A stretch of DNA of 63,187 nt, the filler included, from Jimgerdemannia flammicorona (Eukaryota): NCBI GenBank assembly GCA_003990765.1. It is 3 parts of 3 records of this genome, joined end to end, with 100 filler letters (N's around TTAATTAATTAA, not from the genome) between each part and the next. Parts side by side here need not be neighbours in the genome. Positions count along the whole stretch, not along the records: positions 1 to 21,018 come from RBNJ01001547.1; positions 21,119 to 42,108 come from RBNJ01001550.1; 1 more part is not named here. The stretch is one strand, 5' to 3'. Position 1 is the first letter of the stretch. Every line of letters begins with the position of its first letter. Shown piece by piece: positions 13,126 to 24,762 of this stretch. The position numbers and the translations under genes are program-made. Below the pieces are notes generated by a model, which was not told where the DNA came from, did not search any database, and was given only the letters and a program-made list of their open reading frames with translations.

Positions 13126-16100
13126 AGCAGGGCATACTGGGCAATGTCCTTGCTGAGTTCGGGCTTTCCTAAGGCTGAAGCTCCACTGGCGGAAAGCCTC
13201 CAAGCTCTAAGGTTGAGGTGTGGCCATCTGGCTCCAGTAGAGGGGTCTCAGAGGTAATTGATTCCCCTCCTTCCTATAGGGTCAAGGGCCTCTATGAAGT
13301 TGGTGGCATCTTCTGCCCATCCTTGGTGGGTTATATGTCTGATGAGAGCTAGGATATCTTCTCCCAAATCATAGATCTTGAGAATTCTTTTTCCAGGCTT
13401 CTTGGTCTGACTTTTTTGAATCTGACTTTTTCAGATCTGGCTTCAGTTATCTCCTTTCTTCAAGGTATGCACTGCAACATCATGACTGAGGTGAATCTTC
13501 TGATGTCTGTAGTCTCAGCAGTCAGGGTGTCTTCCATGGTTGCAATATCCCATTGCTCGGAAATGATGTTCCCGACTATTTATCTCTTGTTGTCTTGGGA
13601 ATCGGTACCCATCTTAATCATAGGTTGGGGGAAGGGTAGACAAGGGGTATATTTCTGTTCAGGTAAAGAAGCCTTGTCCTCTAAATTGACTTTGTAACCT
13701 TGTAGTGACTTCTTGGAAGGTGGTAGACTGTACAAGAGTAGTTGGGGGATCTGGTCTCTGGGGTCTCTGTCTTTCCTGTTGGTCCAACAGATGGCACTGA
13801 TAGTAGTAGTCTTGGGGAGAGTGGAAGACCATTTGATGTGAATATCTTCCTAGCCAAAAAGCTTTTTCTTGGTGGGTTTCTTTCTTGGGGATAATGGTGA
13901 TGGTGCTGAGTCCTTCCTCTGTATTCCAGGGGTCATTGCCTTCAGGTGGTGTCCACCAAGGGTTATCCCAGGGGATGAGTTCGGAGACTTCTTCTTCATC
14001 AGGTGCTTCTTGTTCAGGAACTTCTTGGTCAGAAGTTTCTTCTTCCTCGGATGATTCTTGACCCCAAATTGCTTGTACTTCTGCAGCTTTGGTCACAGGT
14101 GTTTCTAGAACATGTCTGTATTTCTTTTTCTTTCTTCTACATTCTGGACAGGCTGCACCAGGCGATTTCCTTGTTCCCATTATCTTGGAGGAGTGCTTGG
14201 GACACTTGTGTCTCTTGAGGTATGTGGGGCATCCTTTGGCTTCTCCTACAATGGCTCCAATGGCGATGGGGATGGTGTTCTTAGCCCACACATTGTCTTC
14301 TGGTCTGTCATCCACCAGGTTAATTTGTGGATTGAGTCTGGGATCATTTCCATCTTTGGATTCTTCTTCTTCTTCTGTAGTAGACTCCTCACTGCTGGCA
14401 TATTCTTCTTGAATGGTGACCTTCTTCTTCTTCTTTGATTACTCATAGCTGGTCACCTTAACTCTATACTTCTTGCCTCAGTAGTCAAACTTGAGTACTT
14501 GTTGGCCAATATCAATGACTGTATTCATTTCCTTCATCCAGTTGGTGCCAAGAATCATGTCATAGGTGACAGCTTCGGTGACAACAGCTTTGGGGATAGA
14601 GAACTGAATGTGTCTAAGGGAGATGGTGATATTTCATACTTCTCCAAGGGGTTGAGTTTGGGCTCCATCTGCTACTATGATGCTGAGGTTGGATGGTCCA
14701 TCAATGGGCCATTGGAGGGTGTCCAGGAATCATTTGGCAATGACACAGACAGCTGCTCCTGTGTCTATGAGGATTTTTGCTTTTTGTCCTCTGATATCTC
14801 CATGTAGGTAGGTGCTGACATGTTTTTCAGCTGCTTGAACAGGAATAGGAGCTGGTTCTTGCTGTGGGATTGGAACTTGGCCAGTGCTAGACCTTGTGGT
14901 TCTCAGTAATTTGTTTCGAACTCCAGCTGGTGTCAATTGCAAGAACTGCAGGAGAGGAACTTCCATCTTGGCTTCTTGAATCTTCTGCCAGGCTTCATTG
15001 TAAATATCCCTAGGCATGGTCTTTGGGGTGTACTTCTTCTTAGACTTTGGAGCAGCAGGTTCCCATTCTTCTTGTTCCATTTCTTCATCTTCTGGTGGCA
15101 ACTCATTTGTCTCAGGCACAAAAGGTGAGGGAGTTCGGGGAGGTGTTTCAACTTGTTCCTCCTCATGTTCCTCATCTTCTTCTTGAATGATTCTTCTGCT
15201 GATATTCCTGGATGGTCTTCCCACAGGTCTCTTTCTTTTTTCTGCTGGGTAGACTGTCTTTTAAGTGGTAACCTTGGTAGGGTACAAGTCTAGGTCACTA
15301 TAGTCTTCACTGTTGCTTGCTTCCTCAAAATCTTCAACAGGATGGGCTTCAGTCTTCTTGTACTGGGTGTCATTCCTTCGGTTTGGTGGTTCTGAGTCCC
15401 TTCGGTCACTTCTTTTGTTGCCACATTCAGTGGCATAGTGTCTGAATTATCCACAGTGGAAGCATTGGACTTGGGCTCTGTCTCGGGCAGAGTACCTTCT
15501 TTCTTCTTGCTGGTAATTCCTGTTATCTCTTGGTGGATAACCTTGGCTCCTCTGTGGTGGGTACCCTCTGTTGTTTTGGTAGTCCTGATTTTCGTGTATG
15601 GTGAGTTTTTCAATCTGTCCAACCAATCGGTCTAACTTGGAGCTGAGGTCTTGAATTTCGCTTCTATCCTTCTTTCCTTCCTTGGCTGGCCTTCTTTCTT
15701 CAGACCTTTCTTGTCCTTGAAGGAGTCCTTACAGGGCTTTGACCAGGATATCTTCTTTATCTTCCTTCTTGTCATGGTCACTCCAGGTAGTTCCTTGCCT
15801 GACATCGAAGAATCCTTGGGCTGCATCTACTTGCTCTTCAGACCTTCTGATGCCTAGGGTGCGGACATGCTGGGCAATATTCGGAGGAATCTCATTCATG
15901 AAGCTCATTGGACCTATGATGTCTTGGTTGGTGGCATTGAACCCGGCAGAATGCATTTTGTTCTAGATTCTTGTGAAGAAGGCTCTGGGTGATTCTCTAA
16001 GATTCATCTTCATTCCCATGATGGATTCCTGAGCCTTGTGGCAGGTTTCATTTCCTGCATACTTTTTTATGAGCCAGTAGACCATGGCCTGATATTCTAG

Positions 16101-16860
16101 CTCATAGGAGACTGCTGCTTGTATCTGTCTTGCTAGTTCGGAATCTGGGTTGTTTGCTGTTCAATGGAAAATCCCTCTGGCTGGTTCTCTGAGCTGAGCT
16201 TTGTAGATGGTGATTTTCCTTTTGTCTGAGAGATTCCTCAAGGCTGCGATTCCTTCAATTCCATCAAGGAATTCTCTGGGGTCTTCCTCTGGGTATCCTG
16301 CAAAGATTGGCAATGAGGTGGCCATTTCTTTGTCACTTTCTTCTGATTCTGGTTTGAATTCGGATTCTGATTCTGATTTACTTTCTGAACTGTCACTAGA
16401 GACCAGGGTGCTTGGGTATCTTGAAGATGGTGTTCTGGTCCTTAGATGAGATGGAGTAGGCCTAGGTATCCTTGTAGGAACTACTTCTGGTTCTGCAAGA
16501 GGTTGTGGTAGGGGTTCTATTGGTGAAATTGGTGGGACTGGTGTGGGGTATCTGGCTGTAAGGTGTTGGGTCCAGGTAATAAAGTCTTCTAGTTCTTGTG
16601 CAAGTTCTCCAAAATCTCCAGCAGGGCTGCCTGTATTGTCTGGTTGATCTGGTTGATCTGGCTGAGGATTTCAGGCTGTACTGCCTCCTGCTTCTGGTTG
16701 AGATTCTTCTGATGCTGGATAGTTGGCAAGTCTTGAGGTAATTACTTCTCTTCCAGTCCAGATGCTAGTGATGACTGGTTCTCCTGTAGTAGCAGAGGTT
16801 GGTGTTATATCAAATGTATCCAGTTTGACTGTGGGTTCTTGTGAGCTGAAAAGTCATGTT
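13126..16860 (-). pseudogene. gag: gag-protease region of element B, plus a long insert
   Basis: Capsid-like LPIFAGYPEEDPREFL (~16300). CFHCG*FRHYATEC knuckle ~15425-15465. Protease AKILIDTGAAVCVI ~14740-14785. Gag reads into protease in one frame apart from point stops. Confidence 0.88.
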
Positions 16861-16874
16861 GATTTTGAAATCGT

Positions 16875-16892
16875 TTCCCAGTTGAGCCCCCA
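16875..16892 (-). promoter_or_regulatory. Primer binding site of element B (tRNA-Pro-like)
   Basis: TGGGGGCTCAACTGGGAA 2 nt inside the 5' LTR resembles the tRNA-Pro PBS TGGGGGCTCGTCCGGGAT. Confidence 0.7.
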
Positions 16893-16894
16893 AA

Positions 16895-18308
16895 TGTAAC
16901 ATGCCAGCTCAATAGAGGCAAATTATAAGGTTGGGGGTTGATGTAGTTTGGCTTGAGCCCCCAGTTACTTTGTCAAAAAGCAACAAAATGTTCTAAGATT
17001 CCGGAGGTCCTTGGTGTTTAGTGGTATAATAGTCAAAGCTGGATATCTGCGAGCGATTTCCTTATTCGGACTGTTCTCTGGATGTAGCAGTGATTTGTGT
17101 GTGAATGGACTTCCTTCTTGGGTCAACTGGGAATGGCACAATTTCTGTGTAGTGTGACGATCTCCTTGTGTGTGACGGTCTGGCAATTTAGCAGTTCTCC
17201 TTCTTGGGTGATGGTCTCTGATTTCTGTGTGACAATCTCTTATGTAGCACGGCGATCTCCAAAAGTATGCGACTTCTAGCAGATGACTCGATTTGGCTCG
17301 CTGGGAATTGTATGGTGCTGATTCTTCTGTAGCAGGCTTCACTGGGAATAATAGATAACTCAGATGGCTCTTCTGGGAATGCGAATAACTTGAAAATGGC
17401 AAATGATGCGGATTCTTCCTGAATCGGCGGGCTTCTCGGAAAACTGGGAATTAACTTGGATGGATGGCGCAGATTCGGCTTCAACTGGGAATATGGTGGA
17501 TAACTCGAAAATGGCAGGTGACGCGGATTCTTCCTGAATCGGTGGGCTCTAACTGGGAAGTGGGATGGCGGCTTGGAAAGGGTCTCTTGGTAAAGTTATG
17601 TCAAAGACTGGCTTTGTTTGCACAGGGTTGCATTGTAGACTGGCTCCACTGTGAAGTTGTGTCAGAAACTGGCTTGAGTAAAGGCAGCTTTCTCTTAGGT
17701 GGAAATCTTCAGGCTTATCTGGCAAGTGAACCAAAAATGTAGCAGCTTATTCCTTAAGCAGCAGATTACTCTTCAAAAGGGCAGCGAAGTTCTTCTTGAA
17801 CTTGGGTGGCAAATCTTCAGGCTTATCTGGCAAGTGAACCAATAGTTCCAAAGGCAGCGAAGTTCTTCCTCGAACTTGGCAGCAAAATCAGCTTTATATC
17901 GGAAAGTAGACCGGAGTGGAAAGGGGACCAATGCTCAATCTTTAGAGGCTTGTTTGGTATTTGTATTTCGGACTGAGGTTTTATTCACTCTCGCCTCTGG
18001 GGTAATTTATACAAGTTGGTTGCTATCTGGTTACTATGTGGCTAACTATAGATTTGCTATCTTTGGTAATGTTTGGGTGTGTCCTCTGGGTACAGGTGTG
18101 TCCACAGGATATGAGTGTGTCCGCAGGACATGAGTGTGTCCTCAGGACACAGGTAAACAATCCTGATCTGGTGTCTTGGCTAATTATAAGTGTGGCGGGC
18201 ATGAGTAACTATGATACACTGGAAGTCACATCATGCTGAGTAAGTATGCTAATTATTCGCATCATCTGGCTAAGTTATAATTCGAGTGGTACATTTTGGT
18301 CTGTTACA
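16895..18308 (-). repeat. 5' LTR of element B
   Basis: TGTAAC...GTTACA termini. Homologous to 7758-9306 with several indels in the repeat arrays. Confidence 0.95.
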
Positions 18309-20611
18309 ATATTCTGAAGATAGGAAATAATCTCTTCTTCATAAGTAAAATGATGAATTATGGCAACAAAGAGATATATACACATTCAAAGATACAATAT
18401 TATATAATTTGCATGACAATAAGAGATTAATAACAGTCTTGAAATGTGGTAATCTTTATATATTCAATAATATATCAAGTAGTGTAAAAGCCACTACATA
18501 TATGATAACTATGCCTGATGCATCCAATATGTGGTATCAACACTTAGAACATATTGACAAAATGAGTCTCAAATGGGTAATATGAAATAGATCCATCAGA
18601 GAATTACTGGCAGTACATCTATATAATAGTTTCTGTGAGGATTATATAGTAAACAAAGCATCTCAGCAATCATTCAAAGAATGAATAAAGTACATATCCA
18701 GGATTCTTGATCTTATATATATGGATATATATGGACTGATGCTTATATAATCACATTTTGATAAGAGATATTTTCTCACATTTATCAATAATTATTTGTA
18801 TAAAGTATATATATACCTTCTATTAGTGAAGAGTGAAGCTTTGGATAAATTTAAATAATTTAAAGTAATAGCTGAGAATGAGACAGGATATAGAACATAT
18901 ATATATATATATGTATATATATATTTTTTTTTTTTTTTTTCTAACAGACTCATAGTCCTGCAGATTTTTATTAGAAGAGAACCTAGACTATATAGGCCAA
19001 AACCCTCTTCCACCACCCATTGAATAATATCCCCCTATTAACCTAAACTACTAAACTGTCCAGCAGTTCCACTGCTCCAGCTATACCTGTCAAACACTAG
19101 CTATATTGACCCCCATGACATAGACTGGACTTGTCTGCTCACCAGGGCTAGATCATCATTTACACATGAGAGCACACCTATGCATCAGATCTAGTAGTAC
19201 CAGGACTGAATAAAGAAGAGCCCCAAACCTCAAAAGAAAGCCCAAGACAAAGAAAAACCCCCCAACCAATCAATAGAGAGCAAAGCAGATTCAAAGTGGG
19301 TAAGTAAAGAACTTATACACAGAACCTTCCACAAAGGACTTACAGATGGGCTAGGGTCAGAAAAGACCCCACTTCCACTCCTTGAGCCTGTGGACCTCAA
19401 TTATATTTCTGTATCAGCTCCTGGTTCCAGTTAGGTACAGCTAAATAAGGAAGGTCCCACTCCCCAAGCCGGTGTGCCTTGATCATATTGCAACATTAGC
19501 TCCTGGTTCCAGTTGGGTATAGCCAGGATACCAGCCCCTACACCACCCCACCCCCCACTGGCCAATCAAAAGGCCCAACCAAAATATTGTTTGCCCCAGC
19601 CCCAATGATGGCCCTCAGCCTGGCACCCCACTGGTTCACCATTATCACTCTTCCTCCTATATCTCCTCTCCCATCCCAACAACATCTGAAAAACAATCAC
19701 CTATGCCAGAACCATGCTTGCTGGGAAGCTTGCCAAAGCCAGAGGGCCACACCACAGGTACTGAGGACCAGCAGGTAACCTACACTGGGCACTTGACACC
19801 CAAGGTCAGCTGACTTCCTATATAACCCATGATATACTGAGACAATACCTTAGTGGTAATGACAAAAGGAAGAAAGCACCATACCAAAACAGGTATACCT
19901 CAGATGCAGCTAAAGGCACCAGAATCTGTGAAAAAGTGAAGAAGACACTGATCTGATACTGATAAAGGGGTAACTCATCACCATTGCCCTCCTCCCACCA
20001 TGCTCATGCAGGTACAGCAAACCAACCCAAGGTAGAGGGGGTAATAATAGGGGAAAGGAGACTCAGAAGGTCATCTACCAAATCTTATGACCAGTAAGGT
20101 AGTGGAGAAAGGGGCCAAGGATATAGAATATATACTATATGATCAGATAATAAACACAAATATATCAATCATACATTTAAGCAGTTTCTGATAAAACATG
20201 GTATAACCTTTTAAATAATGGCTCTCTATATGTCTCAGCAGAATGGTGTGGTCAAGTAATTTAACTATATGGTCATAGAAATAGTTTATATGATGATCAA
20301 TACTGTTGAACTATCATATTCTTATTGGGTCATAGTGATATATACTATAGTGTATATATATGTATAATTAGTGCATATCTCAATTGCTAAGCAACAATGC
20401 TAGCAACAATGACAAGCATTCCAGGACAATGATCTTATCTCTGAAGAATTATGGAGTAAATTCAAGTCTGATGTATCCCATCTATGAATATTCAGTTGCA
20501 AGGCTTATGTCTTTAATAAAAGTAATACTATTAGAGATTAATTTGAACCTAAGACAAGTAAGCATATCTTTTTTGAGTATTTCAATAAGACATACCAGCT
20601 ATGGGATCTAT
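18309..20611 (+). mobile_element. Ty1/copia relic (pre-integrase and integrase), interrupted by a retroposon
   Basis: Decayed copia motifs: NNLFFISKM, MWYQHLEHI, FCED.IV.K, LDLIYMDIYG, KRYFLTFINNY, ENETGYRI|YTI*SDN across the insertion, and SQQNGVV. Confidence 0.85.
18901..20117 (-). mobile_element. Non-autonomous retroposon (SINE-like), copy 2, complete
   Basis: poly(A) plus (TA)n tail at 18901-18940. 16-bp TSD AGGATATAGAAYATAT at 18885-18900 and 20118-20133. Removing the element restores the copia integrase frame. Confidence 0.88.
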
Positions 20612-21018
20612 TGCGACGGTACAGCCAGATTTGGAAGAAGGAAATAGGGAATAGACACTTGATCGCACCCATTCCCAAAGTAGTATAGCATCATAGTTAG
20701 CAGTCCTCGATTTCGACATTGTCTAATTTCTTAGACATTGTCTAAATTTTAGACATTATCCAAATCGAATATCCCGATTTAGTATAGCATTTAGACATTG
20801 TCCAAATGTTTCGACAAAGTCCAAATGACTCATTTATTACTTAGCCACCCTCTCATAGCTAGCAAACTTGTATAAATAACCCAGTATTTTAGAGTGAATA
20901 AACCTCAGATCGAAATAGTTCAAAAGCAAAGAGATAGCAAAGGAACTAGTAAGCCTGCGGGCAGATACACTTCGAACTCACCCACCCTCCCCTGCAACTT
21001 CAAGAAGACTCTGCGAGA
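20612..21018 (+). repeat. Young LTR (family E), cut by the contig end
   Basis: Abrupt switch to CpG-rich DNA at TGCGAC. Contains GTATAAATAACCCAG...GAGTGAATAAACCTCAG, as in the B/C LTR core. Palindromic repeats at 20712-20826. Confidence 0.75.
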
Positions 21019-21118
21019 NNNNNNNNNNNNNNNNNNNNNNNNNNNNNNNNNNNNNNNNNNNNTTAATTAATTAANNNNNNNNNNNNNNNNNNNNNNNNNN
21101 NNNNNNNNNNNNNNNNNN
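21019..21118. other. Artificial contig spacer (N-TTAATTAATTAA-N)
   Basis: 100-nt N run with a six-frame stop linker. Identical to the spacer at 42109-42208. Confidence 0.98.
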
Positions 21119-24100
21119 CCCCTTCCCGATGAAAGACCACTTTGTCTAACACCATCGCCACCCTCCCCCCACTCTGCTCACAGATCTTTACTACCAAGCT
21201 GCGCCTTTGACCCTCCTGAGGACCCCAACCCACCCACCATCCAGTCAGCAGATCCCCCAACAGCCCCTCCCATCTTAACACCTTCTTCTGCAGCCCCAAC
21301 CGCTGCCCCTCCTCAAATACAAAGAGCCAATGTCCTGCCAGACCCACCCATACTGCTAATACCCACCCTACAGTGAGCCACTGATTGTCAACACCCCCCA
21401 CAAGTCTAGATTCTAAATCTTCCCAGCGACCTCTCTCCCCATCTGGTCTCCTTTCAACCCCCAGCCGGTCTCCAATAGCTATCCAAAAGTCCCCCAGCAC
21501 CTCACATTCCCCCAGCCAATGTTCCGGCATTTGTACAAATCCCCCAGCCTGCCCAATGTCATAACACTCCTCACAATCCAGCTGACCACCATCCATCAGA
21601 TGCCCAGAGCAGAAGTTCAACATAACATTCCTCCACAACATCCACCACCACACTACCCAGAATTTGAGAGGAAGCCATTGCTGCACCTTGGTACTCCAAG
21701 ACCAGATCCCTGCCCAATCCCACTCCTCACCAATCCTCACCACTTGCCAACTGCTCAGCCAAAGATCCTGGCCCATTCGCCACTGACACTCCACTCCATC
21801 TCCAATGTCAAACTCAGTGAGCGGAACTCCCCCTAGAAGCAGACAGTCCTATCTCTACATAGCCGGACCCCATGCCACCTCTCCCTCATTACCACGCCAG
21901 TGCAAGCCTATCCGGTGCACTCCATTGACCACTCCCCACCAGAAGCCCTTATACCGTAACCATCAGCTTCCATTCAGATCCACCAAAGAGAGTAGATCAC
22001 CTGAGGACCCCCGGGGGGAGACTACCTTCTTCATCAACGGTACCCAACCCCCACCCTGTAGCTCGACAGTCCTTCTCAACTACCAAGCTCGCAAGTAGTG
22101 TAGGTGCTTAGGGAAATCAACAAGGCCCAGGCCTCCTCTAAGCACTGGCTCGACAAGGGTATCCCAACTGATCTGGGCCCTTCTACCCGCCCAAATCCAA
22201 TTCCTAGCCAGTTTCTTCAACCACTTCACCACCCAAGCAGGAAGGTCCAAGTAATACGCCACATACCACAGCTTGGGGAACCAATATACATTCAGAATCA
22301 CCACCCGCCCAGCCAGGGAGATGTGATGACCCCCCCAACTTTTCAGAGCCTCCCCCCAAATGTCCACCCTCCCCTCCCACCATGCCCATGGCAGGACTGA
22401 ACCATATACAGAGAGGAAGATACCTAGATACTGCACCACCTCTCCCTTGGGGACAATTGTTCCAATGACGTCCCCTCCCACCAGCCCATTCCCCAGCACC
22501 ATCATCTTACACTTATGCCAGTTGAGCTTTGCCCCAGAGTATGTCTCATACCACTCTACTGTTTCCCGAAGAGCCTCGACATCCACTACTGATCCAAGTC
22601 CAACTACCATGTCATCTGCAAAGGCCCCCACCTTCCACTCCACATCATATACAGAGAGTCCAGCCACCCTCCTACGGATCCTATCCATCAAAGGTTCCAA
22701 AGAGAGTGCATAAAGAATAGGAGACAGCAGGTCCCCTTGAGGGACTCCTCTCCCCAAGAGAAATGCCAAACCCCTGTGACCATTACACATCAGTGCTGCT
22801 CTACTCCCTTCCAACAAACTCAACATAGAGGCCCAAAACTGTGGCGGAACCCAAATTCTGTCCAGCACCTTGCCCAGCCAAACCCGCCGAACCCAGTCAT
22901 AGGCCTTCTCCTGGTCCAGAAAAACCAGTCTACCATCCAATCCACAGGCCTGGGCTCCCTCAATAATGCCATATACCCAGGCGGTACCATCTCTGATAAG
23001 TCTACCTCCTACAAAGCCCCGCTGCTCCTCACCTAATACCTATTGAGCAACCTTCTGTAGCCTTGCAACAATCACCTTAGTCACCAACTTCCGATCCATG
23101 TTCAGAAGCATGATTGACCTCCAGTTCTTCCAATCCTCTCGCCTGCCCTTTTCTTTGTACAATAGGGCCACCAGCCCTAAGTCCTGCTCTCCAACCCACA
23201 TGCCATTTAGAAGAACGTAGTCACAGAGAGCAGCCATCTCTCCCAGCATTCCAGGGACTTTCACTATCTTCTTCCAGAAGTCCCACAGTAACCCATCCTC
23301 CTCTGGAGCTGTCCCAAGCTTAGTTGCTGCCAGGACTCCTTGGACCTCCTCCTCTTGGACTGGTAAGATCAAGTCCCCTAGACCTTCTACCAGTGGCAGC
23401 TCCCACTCCTCCAGTGTGTCCCCAATCGCCTCTGCATCAGTACCCCCTTCCTCCTCACTCCACAGACCTCGCCAATTCTCCTTCAATACTCCCAGGATCT
23501 GCTGCATACCATGTACCAACTCCCCCTCAGCATCCAAAACTCCATCCCACCAGTGTCTCACCCACCTGGCTTTGAGGAGCCTAGACAAGTACCTAGTAGG
23601 CCACTCCCCCTCCTCAAGCTCCTGCCATCTTAGCCTGGCTACCATTCCTCGCATATGAGTCTCCTCCTTCTCTCTCAACACCTGTTGCAGTTCCACAACT
23701 TCCAATTTCGCCCTTTCCAATCTCCAGTCCTCCACCCCATCGGACATAAGCAAATCTGCCCACTCCAACTGCAATCCCTTCAGCCGATTGGAAGCAAACT
23801 ATATTCTCCTCCTCCTCTGTCTCCCAGCCTCTCTCCCAGCTCCACCCTAATAGACCCTCGCAGCCTCTTTCAATCTCATCCAATGGACACCCACAGACAA
23901 ACCCTCCTGCCTCCAGAGCAGAACCTTTGTCTGGATGTCCTCCACCCATGGATCCCACAACTTCTTCTCATCCAGCAGGGAGGAGTTAAGACACCAATGT
24001 CTGGGTCCGTCACCACTCCCCCCAAACTGCCCCTGCCCAAACAGTTCCCAGTGATCAGACCATGGGCACTACACCACCTCCAGAGACTTCCAAACATCAG

Positions 24101-24731
24101 CGCCCCAGCATTCAGCTGTCAGTACCCAGTCAATCCTTGTTCCCAGACTATTCACCCAGTGTGTATAGACCCTGGAGTCGCCCCACCATGTTCGGCCCAT
24201 ATCCCCTAAGGAGCTAAGGTTTCCCACCTCCTCCCATGCATCTAGACTGCCACTCCTCCCCCCAGCATTCCTCCCTCCATCAGTTCTATCCAGCTGCAGA
24301 TCCCGAACCATGTTAAAATCACCACCAAGAACATTGACCCCTTCCTTCAAGAGAATGCCCTCCTCTAGTAATTCCTTAATTTATGCAATCCTCTCTCCCC
24401 TCGCTGCCAGGCAGTAGCAAGAGCCCACCCTCACTGAGTCCCACCCTGGCCGGTGCCATTTACCCCAGACCAAGCAATCTCCCCAGCTCTTGATTCCCTC
24501 CAAATCTCCTCTTCCCTTCTTTACCAGAATCGCCACCTTTCCAAACCAAGTGGTAGCCCCACCCCATTCCGTAGTCCATTCTACCCTATCATCCTCATCC
24601 TCGCACTGTACATCCTGCAGTAAAAAGAGATAAGCCTCCAATCCCTTTAGCCAAGTAAAAATGTTCTTATGCCGCCCCTTTCCCCGAAGTCCATTCACAT
24701 TGAGAGAGAGAATGTTAGTTGTACTGTTCAT
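21119..24731 (-). pseudogene. LINE ORF2 (APE endonuclease-RT-CCHC)
   Basis: ILSLNVNGL, LLQD, LGGDFN, RIDW, WRSIMLLNMDRKL, FLDQEKAYD, GVPQGDLLSP, FADD, YLGI, and CEEC...EHWLGEC. Several stops. Confidence 0.93.
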
Positions 24732-24762
24732 TAGAAATAATGTTAAAGATAAAACCTCTCCT

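Larger units (their letters stand above)
7758..18308 (-). mobile_element. Two-LTR Ty3/gypsy element B (gag-PR-insert-dUTPase / RT-RH / INT / ORF-X)
   Basis: Direct-repeat LTRs with TG...CA ends, PBS, PPT and all gag-pol domains on the minus strand. Scattered nonsense transitions. No convincing TSD. Confidence 0.95.

Noticed and set aside
21119..24731. Extremely Trp-rich LINE protein
   Set aside because: Partly explained by CGG->TGG deamination and G-rich strand bias, so not evidence of a new domain.
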